A stretch of 64,000 nt of DNA. It comes from Gemmatimonadales bacterium. GTDB lineage: Bacteria; Gemmatimonadota; Gemmatimonadetes; Gemmatimonadales; GWC2-71-9. Positions within the stretch are counted from its first letter, which is position 1; every line of letters begins with the position of its first letter. The stretch is taken from assembly GCA_965249575.1 (NCBI GenBank), contig OZ252244.1, positions 2,368,001 through 2,432,000 on the forward strand, in the 5' to 3' direction. Positions 8,897 to 20,143 of this stretch are shown in pieces. The notes beneath the pieces are model-generated. The model made no database searches and had not been told where the DNA came from. It saw nothing but the letters and a program-made list of their open reading frames with translations. The position numbers and the translations under genes were made by a program.

Positions 8897-10257
8897 ATGC
8901 ACTTCGCCTCCGCTGGCGCCACCATCGTTCGGGCTGCCATGCTCGCGCCCGCGGTGCTGGCCACAATGGCGCTTTCCGGCTGTGCCGGACGGGGTCAGGC
9001 CGAAGTCTCGCCTGCTGAGATCCCCGATCTCGAGGCGAGGGTTGCCGAGCGCCCCGACGATGGAGCCCTCGTCTTGCGATATGCCGCTGCGCTCTTTGCA
9101 GCCGAGCGCTGTGAAACGGCGATGGATGTCGCACGGAGGGGAGCCACTCTTGCTCCATCGAACGCCATCGGCCCCCTAGTGATCGGGCAGTGCCAGGAGC
9201 GGGCCGATCAGTACGACGACGCCATCGCGACGTATGGGACGTTCCTGGCCGAGCACGGGGAAGGACGTGGGGCTGGGGCGGTTCGCGCCCGCGATATGTT
9301 CGCCCGGCGGCTTCTGGCGAGCACGCGTGCAAGGCAGGCGCTCCAGCAGGAGCAGGCGCTGGCGACGCAGCCGGCCGATCCGCAGACCGCGTCGCGGTGC
9401 TTCCACTGGAGATCTCGGGCGACACGGCATATCAGCCTCTCTCACGGGGTCTCGCGCAGATCATCGCGTTTGACCTCGCCCTGCTTCAGCGCTTCCGCAT
9501 GGTAGAGCGGATGCAGATCGGAGCCCTCCTCGACGAGCTCGACCTCGGGCAAGACGCGAGGGTGGACGGGGCGACGGCGGCGCGTCTAGGACGGTCGGTG
9601 CGAGCCGGCAGACTGGTGCAGGGGGTTGCCGCGATCCCGCCCAATGAAGACGTCCGCCTCGAGGCCAGCGTCGTTCTCGCCTCGGGGGAGGTGAGCGACG
9701 CCGAGACCGTGAGTGGGCGGCTCCGGGATCTCCTCAGAATTGAAAAGGACCTCGTCGTCGCATTGGCGGGCCAGTTGGGTTACACGCTCTCAGAAGCCGA
9801 GCGCCGGGCGGTACTGGAGAACGGTACGCAAAACCTAGCCGCCTTCCTCGCCTACTCTCGCGGTCTGGTTGCGGAGGACTTAGGCGATTATTCTCGGGCT
9901 GCTGCCTATTTCTCGCAGGCGGTCCAGGCCGATCCCGGCTTCCAAGAGGCCAGAGAGGAATATCAGGCGTCGAACTCTGCGGAGGAGGGCCAACAGGCAT
10001 CCGCGGGGCAGGTCACCACGGTAGCGTCCGCACCCCCGCCACCCCCGCCACCCCCGGACCCGGTGAGTGGGGCGCTCGGCGCGGGGGTCACGGACCTTGC
10101 GGCGACGCAGGCCGAGCAGACCGAACCGACTGTGAGCCAACAGACGACCCAGCAGGCCACTACGACGCCCACGTCCGATCCTCCCCCCACCGTTGTCGAT
10201 CAGGAGTTGATCACGGGAAGCGTGGGTACCATCAACATCATCTTCCGACTGCCATGA
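8897..10257 (+). CDS. Lipoprotein with TPR repeats and a CsgG/HfaB/TolB-N-like domain, Pro/Thr/Gln linker and C-terminal beta-strand; frameshift near 9389
   Basis: Lipobox LSGC; TPR-like helices; second frame VAVLPLEISG...GLAQIIAFDL...RFRMVERMQIGALLDEL...AARLGRSVRAGRLVQG; further TPR YSRGLVAEDLGDYSRAAAYFSQAVQADPGF. Confidence 0.75.
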
Positions 10258-11387
10258 GACGCTCAATCGCATTCTCCGTCCTCGCCCTCTCGGCGGTCGG
10301 TGCGCCCCGGCTTGCCGCGCAGACGCCGGTTACCGTCCGGAGTGCCGTGTTGTTCGAGAACTATGATTTCGATCCCGGCCTGGCATTCGTCCGGGTGAGG
10401 GAGATGACCGTACCGGTGGCGATCAACGTCGGGCTGGGCTCTCGCGCCGCGCTGGCGCTCTCGAGCGGCTACGCGCAGGTCGATCTCACAAGAGGCGACC
10501 CTTCGCTGTCCGACCAGTCCATTTCCGGGATGCTCGATACGCAGGCGCGCTTGACGATTCAGATCGTTCCCGGGCGACTGCTGTTCATCACGACCGGCAC
10601 GATCCCCACTGGGGCCAAGACCGTCCAGCAGGAGGAATTGGCCATCCTCGGCGCCCTCGCGAGCGATGTCATCGGGTTCTCCGCCGCCAATCTGGGATCG
10701 GGCGGAAACGTCGGTGGCGGCATCGCGGGCGCCATCCCCGTGGGCGGGTTCGCCCTCGGTTTTGGGGCTACGTTCAGGCGCCCCATTTCGTACGACCCGG
10801 TTCAGGGCCAAACCCGGAGCCTTCAGCCGGGCGCGGAGTTCCGCTTCCGCGGCGGGCTCGAGGGTCCGATCGCCCGGAGGACCTACGTCCGCGTTGCGGG
10901 AATCTGGGCGCGCACGTCCAAGGACCAGGTCAACGGCGCGACGCAGAACGGCATCGGCAACCGGATAATCGGTTACGTGTCGTTGAATCACGGTGTGGGC
11001 CCCGCCTCGATTACCATTTAGGGATTCGACGTGTTCCGCGGCGACCCGCAGGTCCAGGCCACCGCCACGGGCGCGGCCCTCCTGCCGCGTGGCAACCTGA
11101 TCGCGGGAGGTGCGCGTATCGATTTGGCGGTAGCCTCGAGGACGACGTTCTCCCCCCGCGCGGAATACCGGAGATCGACAGCGGCACCCGATCCCACGGC
11201 GTCCAATCTCGAGTTCCTGGGGCGTTCATTGCGGGTTGGAGCTGACTTCCGGCAAACGCTGGCTCGCGGGCTTGCGCTGATCCTCCAGGGTAGCGGGGTC
11301 TCTGGAAAGGTCGCCCGTCCGGGTGCGGCCAGTGCCGTCTCTTTCAGCGGATACCGGGCAGCGTTGCATCTCGAAGTGAGGCCGTAG
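10254..11387 (+). CDS. Putative outer-membrane beta-barrel protein, interrupted by one in-frame TAG at 11019-11021
   Basis: Signal peptide (LAA-Q), alternating amphipathic strands; ORFs 10254-11021 and 11031-11387 share one frame (ACC ATT TAG GGA TTC GAC GTG). Confidence 0.7.
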
Positions 11388-11601
11388 TGGTCCGGCGGCC
11401 TTGGCAGGATCGTATCGATTCGAGCGGCTAACCGTGCCCTCGATGCGATGGCAGGATGGAGGCGCAGCGTGGTCTCTATCTTCTAGCCCCCGTGAACGCG
11501 CGGGCGGCGCAACCGCACCCCCATCAACCCGCGTGATTCTGTGACGGCTGCGTGTTACCCGGAGACTAATCATTAATACCGGTCGCCCGAGGCTCGCCGC
11601 G

Positions 11602-14600
11602 GTGTGCCGCGCCTTCCCACGTATCGCCGTGCTGGGAGCGATCGTGGCACTCGTTGCCACGTGCGATGACATCCCCTTCGAGCCGGGAATGGAAGTTCAG
11701 GCGAACTTCGACGTGAGCGCGTTGCTCCAGACCGCGGGCGACGCTCCCATCCCGATCGACGAAGTGATTGTCCGGATCACTCGGGAAGATGGTGAGCTGG
11801 CCCTCCAGGAGTCCTACGATCCAGACTCATTGGTGCCGGCCCCGGGCGACAGCGTGTCGATTCGAGTAATGGTTTCCCTCCGGGGCAGCAGCGAGACGTT
11901 CGACTACACCGTCACGTTGGTTGGGGGCGGGTTCAACTGGTTCGTCGTAACCGGTACGGTAACCGTAGCCGCGGGCACGCCCGCGACCACCGCACCGACC
12001 ACGGCTTCGTATGTTGGTCCCGGGGCCAACGCGACGAGCGTCATAATATCCCTCGGCGATACGACGATTACCGGCGGGGACAGTATTCTCGTCTCCGCTG
12101 CGGTGTTCGAGAACCAGACTGAAATCCCCGAAGCCCCCGTCTATTTCGAGTCGAGCGACGAGACCAAGGTCGCCAAGCCCGTCCAGGCTGGCCGCAACCA
12201 GGCGTGGGTTTTCGCGCCCGCGGGGCCTTGACGGACAACGTGACGATCACAGCGCACGCGGTGGTTGGCGCACCGCCACCGGCCGGCTTCTCGACGATTA
12301 CAGATGCCGGGACGCTCCGGTTCTTTGCCCGCCCGTCGCAGCTCACTTTGACATCGGGTAACGGCCAGCAGATCGCGGCTGGCACGGCGGCGCCCGGACC
12401 CCTCATCGTGCAGGTAATCGACGCCGCCGGCAATCCGTTTGCGCGCGGCTTCCCAGTCGCATTCGCAGTCGTGAGTGGACCTCCGGGAACGACTGTGAGC
12501 CCCGATACGGTTGTCACCGACTCCATGGGCTTCGCGCAGGCGTCGTTGACGGCCGGCCCGGCAGCCGGTGCCATTCAGGTGAGCGCGACGGGCGTAGGTC
12601 TGTCGGGCTCGCCCGTCCTGTTCACCGCCACCGCCCTCGCCGGAATGGGGAACGTCGCGAGCATCGATGTGACGCCAGATTCCGCCGTCGCCGGGGCGGT
12701 AGGCGACAGCGTCGCTTACATGGCGACGTGCCAGGACAGCACGAGCGCGGTCGTGACCTGCGGGAGCGTCGCGTGGATGTCGCTCACGCCTGCCGTTGCC
12801 TCGATGGACACCGCAGGGTACGCGCACGCGCTGGCCCCCGGTGTGGCTGAAGTCGTCGGCGCCGCCGGTGGTGTGGCCGACACGGCGAAATTCGTGGTCA
12901 ACGGCATCGGATCGCTCTCCGTGTCGCCGCTCGATACGGTGGTCACGGCCATTGGCGATACCGCGCAGATGTCAGTGAGCGGGAATCTCGTGGATGGCGG
13001 GACCGTCGCTCTGCCTACCGACACGGTTGTGTGGCAGTCACTCACTCCGGCGGTCGTGCTCGTCGACGCCCAGGGCATCGCCCGAATTGTGGGCGCGGGG
13101 AACGGCACCGTGCAGGCAACACTCAGCGGGGCCGCGGGCACTGGCGTTCTGCGAGTGCAGCAGGCGCCGGTCAGCTTCACGGTGACGCCGGCCACGGTGA
13201 TCATCGGTGTGGGCGGCCAGGCCAACTTCACGGGCCGCACCTTCGACCGGCGCGGCTTCCCGATCCCGGGGCGGACGGTGTCCTGGATGTCCCTCGATCC
13301 CACCATCGCCGATGTCGACATGACCGGTCGCGTCACGGGCGTTCGTATCGGCGGGGTCCTCATCGAGGGGACCGACTCCACGTTTGCGGACTCGGCATTC
13401 GTCGACGTCGTGGCTGCACCCCCACAAGTCATTCAGTGGGGTGCGGATTCCATCGGCGTGGGTCGCGGCGCCACCCTACAGCAGGCCATCCTGCTCTCGG
13501 TGCCGCCGACCTCGAACGTCGTCGTCGACATCGTGTCGAGCGACAGGCTGATCCTCAAACCGACGACGCCGACGGTCACGTTCTTCCAGGGCCAGACCAA
13601 TCGTACCGTAACGTTCCAGGGGCGGGCCGCCGGCCGAGTCACCGTGACGGCGACCGATCAGGGAGCCCTGTACGCCCCGGACACTGCCATCGTGGACGTT
13701 CTCTCCACGATCGAGTTCCGGAACGTCTCGAACCCGACGGTCCGGGCGACGAGCTTCAGCCTGAACTCCGCGGAATCGCGCAGGGTGCTGGTCTTCCTAT
13801 CCGACCCGGCGCCTCCCGCCGGATTGGCCGTCACGATCGAGACGCTGGATCAGCTGGTGTCGGTCGGCTCGCCGACCACGGTCCTTATTCCGGGCGGCCA
13901 GCTCTCCGCGGAAGCGGACCTCCAGGGCACCGGCGTTGGATCCACGACCCTGACCCCAACAGCCGCGGGCTTCGTGGGCTTGCCGTCCACGGTGACGACG
14001 TTCCTCGCGCAGTTCACCGTGACGCTCTCGTCCCCGTTCGTCCCACGCGTCGGTGTCGGCCAGTACGCCTTCGTGAGGGTCAACGTACCGAACCGGATGG
14101 ACCGCGGCACCCTGGTGGACTTGGCCACGACGGTCCCAGGTGTCGGGCAGGTGCCGGATAGCCTGACCGTCCGGGCCAACGTGTTCAACGAGACCTTCAC
14201 GTACACCGGCCTCCAGACGGGGCTCGACACGATCACGGCCAACCGGAGCGGCTGGGTGGAGGGCCGTTTGGCGATGACCGTGACGACGCCAAGGGTGCGG
14301 CCACGCGGGTTCGGAACGCTGACCGCAGGCGGCCCGCCCCAGTTCTGGACAGTGGATGTCTTGGACTCGGTCGGCACCGGGCACCGGCGAGTCGATTCGC
14401 TCACCGTGACAGTGACGTCGCGGGATTCGGCGGTCGCGGCGGTAGATGTCCCGACCGGCATCATCCTGCCGGACAACCAAGTCGTGTCGGCGGGCAACGC
14501 CGTGCGTCCGGTCGGCGGCGGTATGACATACATCGTCGCGACCGCGCCCGGGCATCTGCCGGACTCGGTCCAGGTCACCGTCCAGGGGCCGAAGCTCAGC

Positions 14601-16958
14601 GTGTTCGTGTTCTCGCCGGGACGGACCGGCACCCGTCAGACGATCGACGGCCGGGTCCAGCTGCCGTTCTCTGTCCCGATGCCGTTAACCGTTGACCTGA
14701 CGATGCAATATCCCGACACGGCGACGGCGCCGGCTTCCGTTTCCATCCCGGCCAACCAGTCGTTGAGCAACTTCACGATCACCGGCGTGGCGCCTGGCAG
14801 AACATCGATCTTCGCGACCGCCAGCGGGTACGAGCCCGACACAACGACCGTGCTGATAACTACGAACCGCCTGTTCCAGTCGAGTCTCGGCAACAGCTAT
14901 TTCCTCACCACGGGATCTGATGCGTTCACGTTGCGGACCGGCGACCAGTTCGGATCACTGCACCCGAGCCTCGATACGGTCACGATCACCTTGGACACGA
15001 GCGATCCGAGCATCTTCACGATCGACTCCGCTACGGTTACGGTGCCTGCCGGGCAGATCACGTCGTCGACGGCAGTGATCCAGTTCGCCGACACGGGACA
15101 GGCGTGGGTGCGGTGGAGCGCCCCGAACCACCTAACCGACTCGATGTCGGTCACCGTCAATCCGTCGGCGCTGACACTCACCGCGACCCCGGGTCGGGTG
15201 GGTGAGGGCCAGTACTTGTTTGGTACCGTTCGTATCCCGAGTCCCAACGGTCTCCCGGACACCGTGGACATCACGCTCACACACCTCGGAATCGTCCGGG
15301 GGACAGTGCCCGGCATGGTCGAGATTCCGCCGCCGAGCTCGCAGACGAGCTTCCAGTGGGACGGCACCGTGGCGGGGCGGGACACTATCGTCGCCAATGC
15401 AACGAGCTTCATTCCGGACACGATCTCGCTGTGGGTCACGAGACCACACCTATTCATCCGGAATCTGCCGGCGAGCGTGGTGGTAGACGACACGGTGTTC
15501 GCGACGGTCTACCCAACTGACTCACTGTCTGGCAACGGGTCGTCCCCAGTGTCGTCCACTATTCACCCTGTGACGGACACACTCTTGGTGACGGTGACGT
15601 CGACCAATCCCATGGTGTTGGCCGTCGATTCGACGCCAACGTGGAGAATCAACCCGGGCGGGACTGTGGTTCAGCCGCGCATCATCGTCGCAGGTCCTGG
15701 CTCTGCACAGATCATCGTGAACGCTCCGGGGAACTACAAGCCCGACACCACGGCTGTCACAGTCGCGACAGCTCCTGCCATCACGATATTACCGTCGAGC
15801 CTGACCCTGGGGACCGGGCAGCAATCCCGGTCCTATCGGGCGATCATCCCGAACGGTGTAGCCACGGTTACCAGGGTCGGCCTTGGGTTCTCAGCCCCGG
15901 GCGTGGCGGGGTTCGACAACGTCCTGGCGGGTGACACGGTGGAGATCCCTGTGGGGCAGACGACCTCGTCCAGCTTCACGGTGTTTGCCCAAAACCAGGT
16001 GGCGTCGGTCAATGTCACTGCAGGGGCGCCGGGGTTCACAGGGGGCACGTCGGTTCTGATCGTGAACAATCCACAGCTCTCGGCTTCCGCGAGCGGCCAG
16101 GTCTACGTCGGCCAGGGGGCGGGGTCGGGGTTCCTCTCGGTCTCCACCCGGGATGAGACCGGAAGCACCCGCGAAGTCCGGAACCCACTCGCCGTCACGC
16201 TCACGTCAGATAGCCCAGCGGTGCTCACGGTCGACAGCGCCACGATCACCGTTCCAAGCAGCATTTCGTTCGCGAGCGGGACGTTCACCCCAGTCGCTGC
16301 GGGCACCGCGAGAATCGTCATGACGGCGCCGGGCTACACGCCGGACACGACGGCCCTCATCACGGTCTCGACTCCGCAGGTGACGCTCAATGCTCAGACC
16401 ACCGTGGGTGTAGGGCAGCAGTATACCGGCTCGGTGAGCATCCCGTTCGGCCTCCCGGCGTCGACCTCGCTGATCGTGACGCTCACCAACGACAAGGCAT
16501 CGGCCCTGACCGCGCCGGACACGCTGACGATCAACCAGTTCAGCTCGTTCCGGAGCTTCGTTGCGGTCGGGGCGGCAGCGGGGATCGCGACGCTGCAGGC
16601 AACCGCTCCGGGGTTCACGGCCTCGGCCCCCGTAACAACGGTCGTGGGCACGCCGGTTCTCGTGGTCAACGGCCCGACCAGCGGAACCGTGAACGGTTCC
16701 ACGAGTATCTCAATTTCCACCCGAGACCAGGCCAATTTCTCGAGAGCGGTGGATCAGCAGCTCACGGTCACGCTCATGGTCGATGATGACACGATCGCCA
16801 ACTTCGGCGGGCAGGCCCAGATGACCGTTACGGTATCGGCGGGAAGTTCGTTCAGTAATTCGGCGACGCTTAATTATGTGGGTGTGGGCACCGTGAACAT
16901 CACGGCCACGGCATCCGGCTACACGCCCGGGATGCAGTCCGTTACGGTGAATCCGTAG
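11602..16958 (+). CDS. Giant Ig-like repeat surface lipoprotein (about 1,785 aa); frameshift in a G-run near 12222-12225
   Basis: Lipobox VATC; invasin/Big_1-like segment (SGNGQQIAAG...VQVIDAAGNP...VVTDSMGFAQ); Big_2-like segments (VSWMSLDPTIADVDMTGRVTG); then many ~100-aa Thr/Val-rich repeats ending like ATAPGY.P...VTV. Confidence 0.8.
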
Positions 16959-17012
16959 GGTGGAGGACTCGGTGCGCCGAGGCTAACCCTTTCTTTTCGA
17001 GGGGGCAGGACG

Positions 17013-18308
17013 GTGCGCACCACAGTAGAAGTACGAGACAAGGCATCACGCCGTCCGTGGTCGCGGGCGGCTCTCGGGCTCACGCTCGCGGGCCTTCTTT
17101 CCCACTGTGGGAGCGACCCGGCGAGCGTCTCGCCGCCCGGCGCCATCTCACTTCGAGTGGATTCCACCATCGGGGTCGGCCATTTCGACAGCGCCACCGT
17201 CAGTATTCCATCCAATGCGACTGGTGTGGTGGTGACGCTGACCAACGACAATCCCTCGGCAATGGGCGCTCCTGATACGCTGACGATTGACGCGAGCTTA
17301 GGTGCGCGGAGGTTCTCGGCGGTCGGATTGGCACTGGGGACCGCAACACTCCAGGCAACCGCCCCGTCGTTCGAGGCCTCGATGCCGGTTACAGTCAGGG
17401 TGGGCCACCCGGACTTGGCCATTATGGGTTCTACGCGCGGAACCGTGGGCAGCTCAGCCCCCTTCGGGGTCGCCATCCGAGGACCCGATGGCAACCCGGG
17501 GAAAGTGAATTCACCGCTTCCCGTTACGTTTACGGTCGACGACATAAGCGTTGCGAACTTCGGCGGATCGGCCCAGACGACGGTCACCGTGCCGAGCGGT
17601 CAATCCGACTCGCAGGACGATCCTGCGTTTCTCTCGTTTGTGGGAGCGGGTGTCGTGTGGACGACGGCCACCGCGGCGCCCGAATACCCTCCTGAGATGG
17701 TGAGGACGACTGTCCTCCCCTCCCAGCTCGTCCTCCAATTGCAGATCCCGGATTCCACGATTGGGGTGGCCCAGTTCGACAGCGGAACGGTGGACCTAGG
17801 CTTCGACGCCGATACCGCCATCACCGTGACATTTACGAACGACAACCCGTCGGTCGTCAAGACTCCTACACTGACGATCTACCCTCCCTTCGACTTCGGG
17901 CGTTTCTCGGTGGTCGGGTTGGCACCGGGAACCGCCACCCTGCAAGCAAGCGCCCCCCGGTTTACGGACTCGAACCCCGTGACGGTCGAGGTGGGCACGC
18001 CCAGTCTGCAAATCAACACCAGTGGCGGGAGCGTGAATACCAACACTATCGTTGGGGTTAGCTCCTACGACCATACCGGGGAGCCGGGCAGAGTCGGCTC
18101 GCGGCTCACCGTTACGCTCACGGTGGACGACACCAGCGTCGCGAATTTCGCCGGGAGGGCCGAGGGGACCGCGGCTATATGGGGTGGGGAAACTAGCTCG
18201 GTGAACGAGCCCGCCTTCCTTTCGCTCGTGAGTCCAGGTGTCGTGAGGATATCGGCCACGGCGCCCGACTACGAAGCCGCGGTCGATTCGATCACCGTCC
18301 TTCCCTGA
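17013..18308 (+). CDS. Ig-like repeat lipoprotein with two copies of the ~195-aa C-terminal module of the giant protein
   Basis: Lipobox-like LSHC; internal duplication STIGV..FDS.TV...TNDNPS...GLA.GTATLQA.AP.F...TVDD.SVANF.G; similar to 16380-16958. Confidence 0.8.
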   Translation: MRTTVEVRDKASRRPWSRAALGLTLAGLLSHCGSDPASVSPPGAISLRVDSTIGVGHFDSATVSIPSNATGVVVTLTNDNPSAMGAPDTLTIDASLGARRFSAVGLALGTATLQATAPSFEASMPVTVRVGHPDLAIMGSTRGTVGSSAPFGVAIRGPDGNPGKVNSPLPVTFTVDDISVANFGGSAQTTVTVPSGQSDSQDDPAFLSFVGAGVVWTTATAAPEYPPEMVRTTVLPSQLVLQLQIPDSTIGVAQFDSGTVDLGFDADTAITVTFTNDNPSVVKTPTLTIYPPFDFGRFSVVGLAPGTATLQASAPRFTDSNPVTVEVGTPSLQINTSGGSVNTNTIVGVSSYDHTGEPGRVGSRLTVTLTVDDTSVANFAGRAEGTAAIWGGETSSVNEPAFLSLVSPGVVRISATAPDYEAAVDSITVLP

Positions 18309-18541
18309 GTAGAACTCAGATTCCCGCTTTACGCCGTACAGTGCCGGCCCGGCTCTCCTGGGCGCTGCAGCCGATCTAACGGCAGGAACCAGCGTGGGAG
18401 CCGCGGGGTTTTCCGAGGTACATAGAGCGTCAATATGCCACTCCCGTTGAGCTCGAGAATTGCTCTCTCGCGGACTCCGCGGTAAGCTTGCCCCCTTAAC
18501 GTAGACCGGCTCCCCATCGTCATCCCGTTCCCGGAGGACCC

Positions 18542-19072
18542 ATGAACCGCAACGGAATATGGCTCCTGTCAACTGCGCTGCCGGCCCTCGTGCTCGCGGC
18601 GTGCGCGCCTTCGGAGACCGCTGAGGACGCGGCCATGGCGGGGCCCGATACCACGGGAGCGTCGGTGTGGGCCCACCTGCAGGAAGTCGGCTACCAGGAC
18701 AATTGGACGCTCTGGCCCGGGAAGGGCACGCTGTACACTGGGGCTGAGCCGCACGGCATGTTGCTCACGACCTATGTGAACGATCTTGCGATGGGCGCGG
18801 TGACAGATCACGCTGGGTCGATGCCGGCGGGCGCGATCATCGTCAAAGAGAACTACATGCCCGATTCGACGCTCGCGGCCGTAACGACGATGTACAAGGT
18901 TCCCGGGTTTAATCCCGACCACAACGACTGGTTCTTCGTCAAGCAGGGACCCGACGGAGCCGTCGAGGTCGAGGGGCGCGGGGCCGGATGCCAGGCCTGT
19001 CACGGTGGCGTCAGCGACAACGACTACATCTTCACCGGCCCGCTGAGCGCCGACGAAGAGCACGGCCACTAG
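18542..19072 (+). CDS. Cytochrome P460-family c-type haem lipoprotein
   Basis: Lipobox LAAC; MPAGAIIVKENY; MYK...WFF; C-terminal CQACH then NDYIF. Confidence 0.8.
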   Translation: MNRNGIWLLSTALPALVLAACAPSETAEDAAMAGPDTTGASVWAHLQEVGYQDNWTLWPGKGTLYTGAEPHGMLLTTYVNDLAMGAVTDHAGSMPAGAIIVKENYMPDSTLAAVTTMYKVPGFNPDHNDWFFVKQGPDGAVEVEGRGAGCQACHGGVSDNDYIFTGPLSADEEHGH

Positions 19073-19129
19073 ATGAGTAGGTGCTGTGTCGGTCGTTCGA
19101 CCGGCCGGCAAGCGGGCGAAGGCGACCAA

Positions 19130-19600
19130 ATGAAACGCCATCACGACGTGGCGGTGGTAGTGCACCGCCGGCGAGTTTGCGGACCACGACCGGGGAAGCC
19201 GCGGGTCCCGGTTTTGGCAGCCGCTGGGTTGTGGTTCGCATGCGCCGGCGGTGATCAGCCGCCATTTAGCGAGCGTGAATCGGTTCAGCCTGGACCTCAC
19301 CTCAGCGTCATCCGCCTCACAGATGATATGGCATTCGTCCCCGAACACGTCATGATCGGTTCGGGAGATACCGTTGTGTGGATCAATGATGGCGAGATGG
19401 AACACACTTCAACGGATGTCCCAGGGAGAGCCGGCGTTGACGAGCACAACGTGCTCCCAGAAGGAGCCGAGCCGTGGAATTCCGGGCTGCTCCGGGCAGG
19501 TGAGGCCTTCCGTCACGTGTTCGCGACACCGGGTGAGTACACGTACTTCTGTTTTTTGCATGAGGCCGCCGGCATGATCGCGAGGCTGACGGTCCGATGA
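19130..19600 (+). CDS. Plastocyanin/azurin-family blue copper protein
   Basis: FVPEHVMIGSGDTVVWIN, His (MEHT), PGEYTYFCFLHEAAGM type-1 copper ligands; start uncertain (19073 or 19130). Confidence 0.88.
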   Translation: MKRHHDVAVVVHRRRVCGPRPGKPRVPVLAAAGLWFACAGGDQPPFSERESVQPGPHLSVIRLTDDMAFVPEHVMIGSGDTVVWINDGEMEHTSTDVPGRAGVDEHNVLPEGAEPWNSGLLRAGEAFRHVFATPGEYTYFCFLHEAAGMIARLTVR

Positions 19601-19675
19601 CGGATCCCCGCCCCCCGGTCGTCGGCCGCCCCGTCTTCCGCGGGTCGCGGTGCCACGCCTCGAGCGGCTAGCCTC

Positions 19676-20143
19676 TTGCGCGTCCTCCACCCCCTTTTCG
19701 TTCACCTCCATATCGCCTTTCTGCTCATGGCATTCGTGGCGATGTACGCCTGGCTGTTCCGGGGGCTTGCGACCAGCGTCTTCGAGGACCGCATCTACCG
19801 TTTCGCACGGGCCAACACCTGGGCCGGCACGGCCACTGTGGCCCTTTCCATGGTCGCCGGCATTCGCGACGCGTTCACCGGCACCGTGGCCCGGTTCAGT
19901 GGTCCCGTGGGTGGATGGCTGCTCGTAAAGGTGGTTCTTGCGACCCTTCTGCTCGCCGTCTACGGCCTGTTTCTCTTCTGGAGTGGCCGTAAGAGGAGAT
20001 ACCTCCAGGAAGACCGTGTGGCGATGCTCTGGTGTTTGGGCACACAGCTGGTGGGGATCCTGCTGGTAGGATTCGTGACGCTCATTGGCACGATGATTGT
20101 GTACTATCAAGATCTACTGCCCCGATTCCCCGCTCCGTTTTGA
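19676..20143 (+). CDS. Four-TM membrane protein, DUF2231-like
   Basis: N-terminal LHPLFVHLHIAF resembles the HPxxVHxPI motif; four hydrophobic segments; TGATG overlap with the next gene. Confidence 0.6.
   Translation: MRVLHPLFVHLHIAFLLMAFVAMYAWLFRGLATSVFEDRIYRFARANTWAGTATVALSMVAGIRDAFTGTVARFSGPVGGWLLVKVVLATLLLAVYGLFLFWSGRKRRYLQEDRVAMLWCLGTQLVGILLVGFVTLIGTMIVYYQDLLPRFPAPF

Noticed and set aside
8897..11387. Bona fide curli (csg) or holdfast (hfa) operon
   Set aside because: No curlin repeats and no CsgE/F or HfaA/D-like genes recognised; only the CsgG-like domain is shared
18309..18541. Cobalamin or other riboswitch in the long intergenic region
   Set aside because: Only scattered short motifs (GCCACT, AGACC); no recognisable B12-box core. 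A cmscan run would settle it
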